The notes under the pieces: model-generated | What the model saw: the letters and a program-made list of their open reading frames with translations, nothing else | The model's database searches: none | What the model was told of the DNA's origin: nothing | Made by a program: the position numbers and the translations under genes | Shown here: piece after piece, positions 9,374 to 17,873 of the stretch | Numbering within the stretch: the stretch's first letter is position 1 | How the letters are laid out: each line of letters opens with the position of its first letter | Assembly (NCBI GenBank): GCA_017302335.1 | Contig: JAFLCT010000001.1 | Coordinates: 343 to 64,342, forward strand | Direction of reading: 5' to 3' | From: Caulobacterales bacterium | GTDB taxonomy: Bacteria > Pseudomonadota > Alphaproteobacteria > Caulobacterales > Caulobacteraceae | Length of the DNA: 64,000 nucleotides

Positions 9374-10549
9374 CTAGTCCCGCAGACCGCCGATGACGCC
9401 CTTTTCCAAGATCACCAGCAGGCCGTCGCTTAAGCGGCCCAGGCCCGCGCGTTCCAGCTTGGGATTGCGGCTGCCGTCGGCCTGGAAGTGGAAGGCGCGC
9501 CGCGCATCCTCGGGCATGGAGCGTTCGGCGTCGTACATACTGGAAAAATTCGAGGCCAGTTCCGGTCCCGGAACGATGGCGAAGTCGTCGCCGCCCAGCG
9601 GCAGAGCGATCAGCATGGCGCTGGAGGCGTCCTCGACCAGGCGATTGTCCGCGACATAGCGCGCCTCACGCTCCTCGGCGAAACGGACCAGGCTCTTACG
9701 CGACCGCACCGCGGCGGCGTAATGCGGCATCAGCGCCTGCAACGCCCCGGCGTGTTGTGACGGCGCGCTGGAGGCGAAGATGTCGGGCGCATCGTCATGG
9801 ACACGGATGCGGCGCGGTTGAATGACGGGTTCGCTCGGCGCGTCCCGTTCCGCTCGCGACAGGGCGCCGCCGAATGTGCGATCCCCGCGCGCCTCATCGT
9901 AGAAGGCGTCGGACCTCTGGGCGGGGGCCGCGCCGCCGTCGGGCGCGCCGCCCTTCAACTGGCGGACTTCCGACTTCAGCTCTTCCACCTGGCGATAGAG
10001 CGCGACCAGGACATCGACCAGGGTCGTGGCCGATCCCCGCGAAAGAGCCTGGGTCTGGTTGATGAAGCCCGCGCGCTGCTGCGCCAGCATTTCGGTATGT
10101 CGACCGTCGGCGAACGCTTCGATCAGGGTCTGCGGGGATCCGACCATGGCCAGCCTTCGTCTCTGCGAGAACATCAGGAAGATCACAACGGCCTGGAGCA
10201 GCAGGATGAGGGCGCCCAGAAGATAGAAAGCCCAGTCAGCGCCTAGCCAAGCCACGATCGGAGACTGGACCTCGACCGTTTCGGATGGGTTAATCTCTTG
10301 ATTGCTTTGCCTAACAATCAAAACCTCAGGTGGAATTCGTCGGTCGACCGAACCCGCCCTCGGCGCCTCTGGTACGGCCGCAGCGCTCAGTTCCGAAGAC
10401 GGGGCCTTGTCCGGCGTGGACGCGACGGCGGGCGGACGCGGCGCGGTGCGGGTCGCCGCCGCGGTCTCCGCTTCCATGAACGAGGCCGCCTGGGCGTGGG
10501 TGGCGACGATGCTCAGCACCACCCAGGCGGCAAGGCCCGCGCCCTTCAT
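9374..10549 (-). CDS. Bitopic membrane protein, function unknown (last gene of the candidate system)
   Basis: Signal peptide (MKGAGLAAWVVLSIVATHAQA/AS), one TM helix (WAFYLLGALILLLQAVVIFLMF), then a coiled-coil-like segment and a roughly 200-aa C-terminal domain. Its ATG overlaps the stop of the 1219-aa gene (ATGA at 10546-10549). Confidence 0.7.
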   Translation of the reverse strand: MKGAGLAAWVVLSIVATHAQAASFMEAETAAATRTAPRPPAVASTPDKAPSSELSAAAVPEAPRAGSVDRRIPPEVLIVRQSNQEINPSETVEVQSPIVAWLGADWAFYLLGALILLLQAVVIFLMFSQRRRLAMVGSPQTLIEAFADGRHTEMLAQQRAGFINQTQALSRGSATTLVDVLVALYRQVEELKSEVRQLKGGAPDGGAAPAQRSDAFYDEARGDRTFGGALSRAERDAPSEPVIQPRRIRVHDDAPDIFASSAPSQHAGALQALMPHYAAAVRSRKSLVRFAEEREARYVADNRLVEDASSAMLIALPLGGDDFAIVPGPELASNFSSMYDAERSMPEDARRAFHFQADGSRNPKLERAGLGRLSDGLLVILEKGVIGGLRD

Positions 10550-13500
10550 TGGGTGGCGCCTTGCGTTCGACGCTCTCGCCGACTGAGACCCGAACTGGGC
10601 GCGCCGACGGACAGGCGGTTGTTGTAGCCCGGCGTCGTCAGGTCGCCGAGCAGATGCCGCAGGGCGCTGACGAACAGGGGTTCCAACGGGACCTCGCCAC
10701 GGGCCTGCGCCTTCTGCACCGAGGCCAAAAGCTTGTTGCGGATATTGGCCGCCGCGCTCTGATCGCCCCGGCCCTGGATATCCAGAGCAAAGGTGCTGTG
10801 TTCGGCCAGGGCCTTCAGGAAGGTGTCGAACTCCGCCAGATCCGGGCGGGACACCGAACCCTGATGCGGGAAATCGATGATGTCCGTCTCGGTCCCCATG
10901 ACGACCGAGCCGATCTGCACCGCCAGGCCCGAGGGTTCGAAATCCTGAGCCGCGCGTTCATTGTCCTCCAGCACGATGGCGGCGTCCCGGATCACCATGC
11001 CGTTCGCCACCTCCAGCTTCGGGATCGGCGACATGAAGACGGACGGACGCCGGGATTGGCCGTCCGCCGCCAGGCTGAACAGCGTCAGAAGGCGGCTGAC
11101 CGGCGTGTCCGCGCGCGCATCGGTGTGATCGCCGTGCATCCGTTTGAACAGGCCCGCGCCGCGACCGCACAGGGCGAAGCCGCACGAGGTCAGCAATTCC
11201 GGCCGCAGATCGCCCTGGGCGATCAGGCCGCGCGCGACCAGGCCCAGATACCAGGCGACCCCGCCCAGGAAGGTGAAGGCCGACCGGGTCAGCGCCTGGC
11301 ATTCCTCGGTGCCCGAATTGTGCAGCCAATGATCGTCCAGCGCCCTTTCCAGCACCGGGCCGCTGAACAGCAGTTCGCCGACATGGGGCAGGCGATCTCG
11401 GCCGATGCCCTCGGACTCGTCGCCCGCCAGGATCTTGGCCCAGGCCCCCAGGTTGAGGCGGTCGCGCAGCAGGGCCGGGTTCTTGATGACGTGGGCGGTG
11501 AAGAAGTCCTGGCCCGCGAGACGCAGCGAACCGCGCCACAGCGGCCGATTGTCGGCCCAGATCGCCACGTCCGTCGTGCCGCCGCCAATGTCCAGGACGA
11601 TGTTCAGATCGCTGGCGACGAAGCTGTGATCGCCCAGACCTCCGCTAAGCACATAGTTGGCCGCCGCCCGGCCTTCGGAGTACAGGCCGCGGATCGGCTG
11701 GGTTTTGAGTTCGGCCATGCGAGCCTCGGCGGCGGGTCGAATAACCCGCAACTCGCGCCTCAACAGCTCCAGGAACTCGCCGCCGTCGGTCCTTTGCGCA
11801 TCGGGCCGCGAGAAGCGCCACTCCAGCAGATCGGGGTCCTTGTTGCGGGCCAGGGCCTCCACCCCGATCATCATCATCATCTGGCGAAGGAAACGACCCG
11901 CCAGGATGCGAGACCGCGGCGACGGGTCCGCCTTCAGACCAAAGTCCGCAGTCGATCCGGTCTCGGAACCATGGTGCCATTTCAGATTGAAGCTGGCGCG
12001 GGTCAGGACGCCCCGGAACTTCTTCTCGTCGTCGTTGTCTTCCTTCAGTTCGAGATCGGGTTGGAAATAGATCAGCGACGAGAACAGGGTGCGGTGGTCA
12101 TCCTCGCTGACGCCCGCGCGCTGGACCACGACGGTCGGCGTCGGCGTGCGTTTTTCCACCAGCGGAAAGAAGATCTCGGCGAACGGCCATCGCAAGCCCC
12201 GCTCCGCCGCCGCATTCCGTGCCGGTTCGCTGGACGTGATTGCTTCCAGCGTGCGCTTTCCGAACACCACTGGCAGCCCGTCCTCGAAACAGGCGACGGT
12301 GTTGGTCGTGCCGAAGTCGACGGCCGCAATGCCCACTTCGTTCGCCGTCTCGATGACCGTGGGCCGCAACAGGGTCATGCCCGCCGGTTCCGCCGACGCG
12401 CCCTGACTTTCCGCATAGGCGAAGAAGATGGCTTCAAAGGCGAAGGGCGAGGATTGAAGCTCCTCGACCACCGCATCGTTGTCGGGACGCACCCGGTTGT
12501 TCCAGGCGGAGGCGAAGCCCTTGCCCGCATAGGGTTCGGCCTCGCTGACGATGTCGTCGTCGGCGCATAGGGGGCGGAAGGCCGCCTCTTTCTGGAGCGG
12601 CGCCAGCGGTTTCAGCATTTCCGCGAACGCCCGCCCCGAGACGGCGAAACGCGCGCGAATGTTGTTCTCCATCTTGGTGGAGTAGTTGAGGCGCGCGAAA
12701 TACCAGTTCCATTTGGAGCTGGCGATGTCGGGCCACACCGCGGCCCCGCCATAGTTCCATTCCGCCTCGTCGACGCGCTCGCCCTGGCCCGGCTCGGGTT
12801 GGTCGGCGTAGACGCGCCGCATGGTGAACTCGGCGGGCTTGACCACCCATCCGTCCGCATGGCCCGGCGCCTGGGAGCGGTGGCCTTCCAGCTTCAGCTT
12901 CAACGAGACCGACTCGCCGGACCCGCCCTCGGATCGGACCTCTATCGCCTCGGCCAGTTCGGTCGGTTTCATCAAGAGCAGGGCGAGCGGGGTGAGCGGC
13001 AACAGGGCGTCGCGCAAACCGGCGGGGTGCCCCGGAACGACGGCCTTCAAGGCCAGCCGAAGGAATTTGCGGGTGAACAGGGCCGACGGACGCGCGACCA
13101 GATAGTTGGCCTCGGCCGCCGCCGTCTGGACCTTCAGCAGCGCGGCCTCGCTGTCCAGCACCTCGGCTAAGGTGGTGGCGCCCCAGACCACGACATCGCG
13201 CGCGGGCTTGCCGCGCGCCTCGGCGATGGCGGGATCGACCAGGATGACGCCCTTGAACGGCGCCGTCTCCGCGTCGAAATCGGCGCGCAGGGCCACACGG
13301 CATTCGGACAGTTCGGCCGGGGCGCCCAGGTCGTCCTGCTCACCCAGTTCGACGCTGGTGCGAACCAGTTCATAAAGGGTCGGCGCCCCGTCGCGCGGCC
13401 CCGCACGCACTTTCAGCCTGTAAGGCGTGTCCGCCTCGCCGCAGGCGTCGGCGAAATCGGTGACCCGATCCCGCAGACTGACATAGACGGGATCGTTGTA

Positions 13501-14205
13501 ATCCGTGGTCAGGGTCTCCAGACCGGCCGCCAGATTGTCGAGATAGGTCTGCAAGGCGCGCCTCTGCACTGCCGACAAGGCGCGATCGCCTTTCAGCTTC
13601 AGCGGGTCGATCCAGTGCGAACCCGCCATCCAGGGCACGACGGGGATCGGCGTCCGATCGCAAGCCCGCCCCGGCGACACCAGGCTGGCGGGACTGAGCG
13701 CGCCGATCAGCCGGGGCCGGTCATAGTTGCGACGATCCTGGCTGTTGCGACCCTTCACTGTCTCGATGTGGATCAGCCAGGGGGTCCGCCAGTCGGCCTG
13801 GGCGGCCGCCGCCTCCTGGGGCAGCGTCTGGGTGGGCAGAAGCGCCAGCAGAATCCGATCCAGACGCGGCCCGTCCGCCTTCAGCCGAACCGGCCGCGCC
13901 GACAGCTTGTAGAAGTCGGCCATCAGGTGTTCGAGCGCGAACAACGCCAACAGGGCGCGCCACTTCTCGACCGTGTCCGTCTCCAGCGGATGGTCGGCGG
14001 TGATCAGGGCGTCGGCGAAGGTTCGCGGCTGCGCCCAGGCGTCCGGCACGGACTTGACGTCCTGAACGCCGCCGCCCGTCTTGACGTCCAGTCGCGCCCC
14101 CATCTCGGCCAGGGTGCCCGGAGACGGCATCCATTCGCCAGCGCGGTCGGGATCGGGAAACGATCCTCGGGCCTTCAACGGAGGGAGGTTGTAGGTCCGG
14201 CTCAT
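10546..14205 (-). CDS. 1219-aa protein with actin/Hsp70-fold ATPase core and a ~620-aa N-terminal region of unknown function
   Basis: Hsp70-type phosphate-1 motif IAAVDFGTTNT (nt 12298-12327) and phosphate-2 motif LDIGGGTTDV (nt 11566-11595). A possible adenosine motif follows (FALCGRGAG). Overlaps both neighbours by ATGA. Confidence 0.75.
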   Translation of the reverse strand: MSRTYNLPPLKARGSFPDPDRAGEWMPSPGTLAEMGARLDVKTGGGVQDVKSVPDAWAQPRTFADALITADHPLETDTVEKWRALLALFALEHLMADFYKLSARPVRLKADGPRLDRILLALLPTQTLPQEAAAAQADWRTPWLIHIETVKGRNSQDRRNYDRPRLIGALSPASLVSPGRACDRTPIPVVPWMAGSHWIDPLKLKGDRALSAVQRRALQTYLDNLAAGLETLTTDYNDPVYVSLRDRVTDFADACGEADTPYRLKVRAGPRDGAPTLYELVRTSVELGEQDDLGAPAELSECRVALRADFDAETAPFKGVILVDPAIAEARGKPARDVVVWGATTLAEVLDSEAALLKVQTAAAEANYLVARPSALFTRKFLRLALKAVVPGHPAGLRDALLPLTPLALLLMKPTELAEAIEVRSEGGSGESVSLKLKLEGHRSQAPGHADGWVVKPAEFTMRRVYADQPEPGQGERVDEAEWNYGGAAVWPDIASSKWNWYFARLNYSTKMENNIRARFAVSGRAFAEMLKPLAPLQKEAAFRPLCADDDIVSEAEPYAGKGFASAWNNRVRPDNDAVVEELQSSPFAFEAIFFAYAESQGASAEPAGMTLLRPTVIETANEVGIAAVDFGTTNTVACFEDGLPVVFGKRTLEAITSSEPARNAAAERGLRWPFAEIFFPLVEKRTPTPTVVVQRAGVSEDDHRTLFSSLIYFQPDLELKEDNDDEKKFRGVLTRASFNLKWHHGSETGSTADFGLKADPSPRSRILAGRFLRQMMMMIGVEALARNKDPDLLEWRFSRPDAQRTDGGEFLELLRRELRVIRPAAEARMAELKTQPIRGLYSEGRAAANYVLSGGLGDHSFVASDLNIVLDIGGGTTDVAIWADNRPLWRGSLRLAGQDFFTAHVIKNPALLRDRLNLGAWAKILAGDESEGIGRDRLPHVGELLFSGPVLERALDDHWLHNSGTEECQALTRSAFTFLGGVAWYLGLVARGLIAQGDLRPELLTSCGFALCGRGAGLFKRMHGDHTDARADTPVSRLLTLFSLAADGQSRRPSVFMSPIPKLEVANGMVIRDAAIVLEDNERAAQDFEPSGLAVQIGSVVMGTETDIIDFPHQGSVSRPDLAEFDTFLKALAEHSTFALDIQGRGDQSAAANIRNKLLASVQKAQARGEVPLEPLFVSALRHLLGDLTTPGYNNRLSVGAPSSGLSRRERRTQGATQ

Positions 14206-15785
14206 TCGGCCCTCTCCTTGGTCGGCACGCGCGCGGCGTGATGCACCATGGCGGCGAGCCGACCAAAGCCCCTGTGCCCGGCGGCGGCATGGGTGTCGCG
14301 CAGGGCGCGGCTGGTCAGCTCGTCATGCAGGGCGGCGGCGCTGCGCGGGGGTTCATTGTGGTCCAGGGGCGACAGCGCGGCGTTGTAGGCCTCGTTCGCA
14401 CGTTGATCCGTCAGGCCGTCGGCGATCTTGATGGGGCGCCTGGGTTGGCGGACATCGGCCTGTTCCTGAACGGCCTCGGTGTTCCAGAGCTGGAATTTCA
14501 GACCTGAATCCTCGGCGTACAGGCGCATCGCGCCGCACCACATCAACAGGCTGTCGAACAGCAGGATCAGGCGTTTCCTCGCGTCATCGGTTTCCGTGAC
14601 CTGGAAGTCGACGTCGCGGGTCAGATCCTGAAGCCAGCCCGCCTTCAGCCGGCCCAGGAGATTGCGGCGACCCAGTTCCGGCTCGACCTGGAACCGCCAC
14701 CACACCGCCGTGCGCAACAACTGGCCCAACCGATCATAGGTGTCCTGATGCCGTGCATGAGCCGCGCCCGGCAGGTCGCCCCAGCCCACGACCCCCGGCT
14801 TGGCGCGGGCGCAGACCTTCACGGCGGTTCCGACCTCTTCGGCGGCTTCAATCGCGGGGGCGTTGAAGAAGTCGATGGCCGCCTGGGCGCCCAGAAGCTC
14901 TGACGGCAGGGGCGGATTGATCTGGTCGTTGTCGCCGGGCGAGTGGTGCGGAAGCTTGAATATCTTGTCGCTGCCCGCGAGGTAGATGTGGTCGAAGACC
15001 GGCTCGCTCTTGAACAACTGGTTGTAGTACTGGAGCGCGGCCTGCGCCTGGGGCATCAGATTGGCGGCCAGCACGACGTTGTCGGTTTCGTCTTCGGGGT
15101 CCGCGAAGCTGAAATAGGGCAGCATCAGCGCCCCGCCCAGCTTCACCTTGTCGCTGTTGCGGGCCTCCTTGCGCAGTGCGTTGATCCGCCGCGCCAGGAT
15201 CGGGAAACCGGCGGCGCCGGTGCCCCCGAAGGCCGAGCCGACCAGGAAGATGCGCACATCGCCGTCGATGGTGGCGTTCTTCATCAGCTCGATCATGCGC
15301 TTCTTGAACTGGCCGTCGCCCAGTTCGAGGCTGGCCAGCATGGCTGCGGCGCCGACGTGGGCGCGGCCGCGGTAGCCCTGGCCCAGCCCCATGTCCTGCT
15401 CCTCCTGGCCCTCCAGGAACAGCAGATCCATCAAGGCTTGCCGGTCGGCGTCCAGACCGCCGCGGTCCAGAATCTGCGCCAGACTGCCCTGCCCGTCGGC
15501 CGAGGGCCGCCAATAGGGATCGTCGCCGAACAACGGCTCGATCTGCACGCGGCCGAGCGTGGTGCGGGTCCAGTCCAACCGGTTATCGGCGCTGAAATCC
15601 CTCCTGAATTTCACCAGATCGTAGAGCAGTTCGCGCGTGCGCGTCAGATTGCCGTTCGCCTTGTCCTGGTCGACCAGGCCGACGACGACCTTGCTGGGTC
15701 CCAGTCCCGCGAAAAAGAGATAGAGCGCGGCCTCGACGACCTTGGCGCCGGTTCCTCCGACGCCGATGAGGACGTTGGTGGTCAT
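14202..15785 (-). CDS. Divergent FtsZ/tubulin-like GTPase (527 aa)
   Basis: ORF 14202..16313 trimmed to the ATG at 15785, which overlaps the stop of the upstream 4-TM gene. The N-terminal IGVGGTGAK (15741-15767) resembles the FtsZ T1 loop. GSAFGGTGAAG (15207-15239) resembles the tubulin/FtsZ GGGTGSG signature. Confidence 0.7.
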   Translation of the reverse strand: MTTNVLIGVGGTGAKVVEAALYLFFAGLGPSKVVVGLVDQDKANGNLTRTRELLYDLVKFRRDFSADNRLDWTRTTLGRVQIEPLFGDDPYWRPSADGQGSLAQILDRGGLDADRQALMDLLFLEGQEEQDMGLGQGYRGRAHVGAAAMLASLELGDGQFKKRMIELMKNATIDGDVRIFLVGSAFGGTGAAGFPILARRINALRKEARNSDKVKLGGALMLPYFSFADPEDETDNVVLAANLMPQAQAALQYYNQLFKSEPVFDHIYLAGSDKIFKLPHHSPGDNDQINPPLPSELLGAQAAIDFFNAPAIEAAEEVGTAVKVCARAKPGVVGWGDLPGAAHARHQDTYDRLGQLLRTAVWWRFQVEPELGRRNLLGRLKAGWLQDLTRDVDFQVTETDDARKRLILLFDSLLMWCGAMRLYAEDSGLKFQLWNTEAVQEQADVRQPRRPIKIADGLTDQRANEAYNAALSPLDHNEPPRSAAALHDELTSRALRDTHAAAGHRGFGRLAAMVHHAARVPTKERAE

Positions 15786-16306
15786 CAGCGCCTCCCCAGG
15801 CGATGCAGCACGGCCGCGCCGGGCACGGCCGCCGCCATGGCCGGGCGGGTCGAAAAGACCGTGCCCAGATAATAGGCCAGGACGACCCCGGCCATCGTCA
15901 GGCCGACCGACAGGGCCAGGGTCGCAGGGTTCTGAAGCGCGGCCTGAAGCGGGCGGCTCCAGAGCATGAACCAGGCCTCGCCGCCCACGGCTGCAAGCAC
16001 CGTGACGAACAGACCGGCCCAGGCGCCGCGATAGGCCTCGGCCTGGCGATCGTTGATCGGATCGGCCCGTACGGTGATCCACACCCAGACCAGGGACATC
16101 AACGCACTGAGCGCGAAGGCGATTGACGCCAGGGGCAGCAGCAGTTGTCGCAGATCCCCGAGCGCCAGTTCGATCTGCAATCGACTGGACGCTGTCTCCA
16201 TGAAGCCCGAGTTCAGCGACTCTTCCCGGCCGCCGATCAGCCACAGACCGATCGCCACGACGCCCCAGAACAGAAGATGCACCAGCACTGTTCGCAAGAA
16301 ACGCAT
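15785..16306 (-). CDS. Four-TM membrane protein, function unknown
   Basis: 173 aa with four hydrophobic helices. Its frame differs from the spurious N-terminal extension of the 703-aa track ORF. Stop/start overlap with the tubulin-like gene. Confidence 0.65.
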   Translation of the reverse strand: MRFLRTVLVHLLFWGVVAIGLWLIGGREESLNSGFMETASSRLQIELALGDLRQLLLPLASIAFALSALMSLVWVWITVRADPINDRQAEAYRGAWAGLFVTVLAAVGGEAWFMLWSRPLQAALQNPATLALSVGLTMAGVVLAYYLGTVFSTRPAMAAAVPGAAVLHRLGRR

Positions 16307-16348
16307 ACGCCATCCCCTCTCAAAATGATCAAACCCCGGCCGCCGCCC

Positions 16349-17809
16349 CTAGCCTTGCGTGCGTACGATGAAGGCGAAGCCCGCCCCCGCGCCTGGCTCA
16401 CCGCGCGCGGACAAGGCCCGGGCGTGGGCGCTTTCCAGGGCCTCGGCGAAGCGGGCCAACCCCAGGGTCGGCGCCAGGCCGTCGTCGCGATCCAGGGCGG
16501 CGCGTTCGGACTCGACCGACCAGTCGAAGGTCCAGTCGGCGCTCCGCATCCAGGCCGCGGCAGAACCCGCGCCTCGGCCCGGCGCCAGCGGAACCTCGCC
16601 CACGATCAGCAGCGGCTCACTCGGCAGCCCGCGGGACTCCGCCCTTGGATCGAAGCGGAAGACCACGTCGCCCGCCTCATCCTGGCTCCAGTCGCCGTTC
16701 AGCCGACCGAGCAGGCGCCAGGCGCCCGGCGCACAGGCCCGCCCCCCGGTCTTGACCCAGACCGAAGCCGTCGCAGCGCCCACATCCAGCGGCCGCGCGA
16801 TCTCGACGTCTCTGCCCTTCTCGCGCCAAATCAGGCGAAGGGCGGGGGCGCTGGCGCCCGAGCCGCCATCACGTTTCAACGTGTATTGCGCGATCGGCCC
16901 GACATCGACGCGCGGCAGGATCGCGGCCTCTTCCATGCCGACGCGGAACAGCGGGCCTTCCAGCTTCGCCGGTCGAGGCGTGACCGCCTGCTTCGGATCG
17001 AGGTTGAACAGGGTGCGGCGTACGCGGCCCTCGTTGAAGGCGGTTTTCAGATAGTTGGCCGCCCTCAGTTCGCGATCCAGCGCGGCGAGGCGATCGGGCG
17101 GCCCGGCGGCGACGAGATAGAGCGGTCGACGCCGCGCCTCCACATTCCTGCGACCGCTGGGAAGGCTGTCCAGGATTCGCCCCTGATAGGGCAGGTTGAA
17201 ACCATAGACGGCGACGCCACGGCCAGAGGCCATGATCCGGCGCAACGGCTCGCCCAGGGCGGCGGCGTCGCTGACGGCCTTCTGCCGATTGTCCATCCAC
17301 AGGTCGCTGATCAGGATGGTCAGCCGGTTCGGCGCCTCGTCCGCCATGCCTTCCAGCGCCGCGTCGATGTGGCTGGCCTTGGCGTCATAGGCCTGCGCCC
17401 TCATGAGGCGATCCAGATCGGCGGCGGGCGCCTCGGTCATCGCCTCGCCCTCGCCGAACAGCTTGTATCCGGTCTGGTCCGCGCCCCACGGCGGGTATCT
17501 CAGCAGGTCGGGTATGAAGCTTTCCCGCGCCCCGCCCGCACGCAGATAGCCCTGCATACTGGCCGACCGATCGAGATAGACGACCGCCCCGCTCCCGCCC
17601 GCCGCGACGACGTCGGCGTGCACGTCGACTGGTATCCAGGGTCTGGCCGCAGCGGGAAAACACCCCCGGGCGCCCTGAACGCCGTCCGCGACCGACGGCG
17701 GGCCGCCATCAGTCTTCGCCGGGGTCCAGCGGTCGCATCCGACGACCCCTTGAGCGGCGCCGAGACAGACGGCTCCCACGACCAGTTTCTTCAATAGGCC
17801 TGCCCCCAT
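16349..17809 (-). CDS. vWA-domain lipoprotein
   Basis: Lipobox LGAAQGVVGC and MIDAS-type DxSxS (VVYLDRSASM, nt 17558-17572), followed by TILISDLW. An alternative TTG start at 17794 (MKKLVVGAV...) is preceded by GGGGCAGG. Confidence 0.7.
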   Translation of the reverse strand: MGAGLLKKLVVGAVCLGAAQGVVGCDRWTPAKTDGGPPSVADGVQGARGCFPAAARPWIPVDVHADVVAAGGSGAVVYLDRSASMQGYLRAGGARESFIPDLLRYPPWGADQTGYKLFGEGEAMTEAPAADLDRLMRAQAYDAKASHIDAALEGMADEAPNRLTILISDLWMDNRQKAVSDAAALGEPLRRIMASGRGVAVYGFNLPYQGRILDSLPSGRRNVEARRRPLYLVAAGPPDRLAALDRELRAANYLKTAFNEGRVRRTLFNLDPKQAVTPRPAKLEGPLFRVGMEEAAILPRVDVGPIAQYTLKRDGGSGASAPALRLIWREKGRDVEIARPLDVGAATASVWVKTGGRACAPGAWRLLGRLNGDWSQDEAGDVVFRFDPRAESRGLPSEPLLIVGEVPLAPGRGAGSAAAWMRSADWTFDWSVESERAALDRDDGLAPTLGLARFAEALESAHARALSARGEPGAGAGFAFIVRTQG

Positions 17810-17839
17810 AGGTTGAACTATGGAACATCGTTCAACCTA
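17809..17839. promoter_or_regulatory. Perfect 10-bp inverted repeat TAGGTTGAAC-N11-GTTCAACCTA
   Basis: Read directly from the sequence. It lies in the AT-richer 64-bp divergent intergenic region and abuts the annotated ATG of the vWA gene. Confidence 0.5.
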
Positions 17840-17873
17840 ATGTAAAGGTGAAGACCGAGTTAATTCAGTCGGC

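Noticed and set aside
10549-12570. 673-aa plus-strand ORF. Similar long ORFs occur at 16145-17797 (+), 18362-19924 (-), 44276-46273 (+), 56740-58185 (+) and 38848-39936 (+).
   Set aside because: Each lies antisense to a gene with strong motif support. The translations are Arg/Gly/Ala/Pro/Gln-rich low-complexity strings, as expected for antisense frames of high-GC coding DNA. They contain no recognisable domains.
9374-17809. Assigning the five-gene operon to the srfABC (SsrB-regulated factor) cluster.
   Set aside because: The size of the giant protein is reminiscent of SrfB. However, the neighbouring gene here has tubulin/FtsZ-type glycine loops rather than anything I can equate with SrfC, and the gene count differs. 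I cannot decide this without profile searches, so I list it only as a hypothesis to test.
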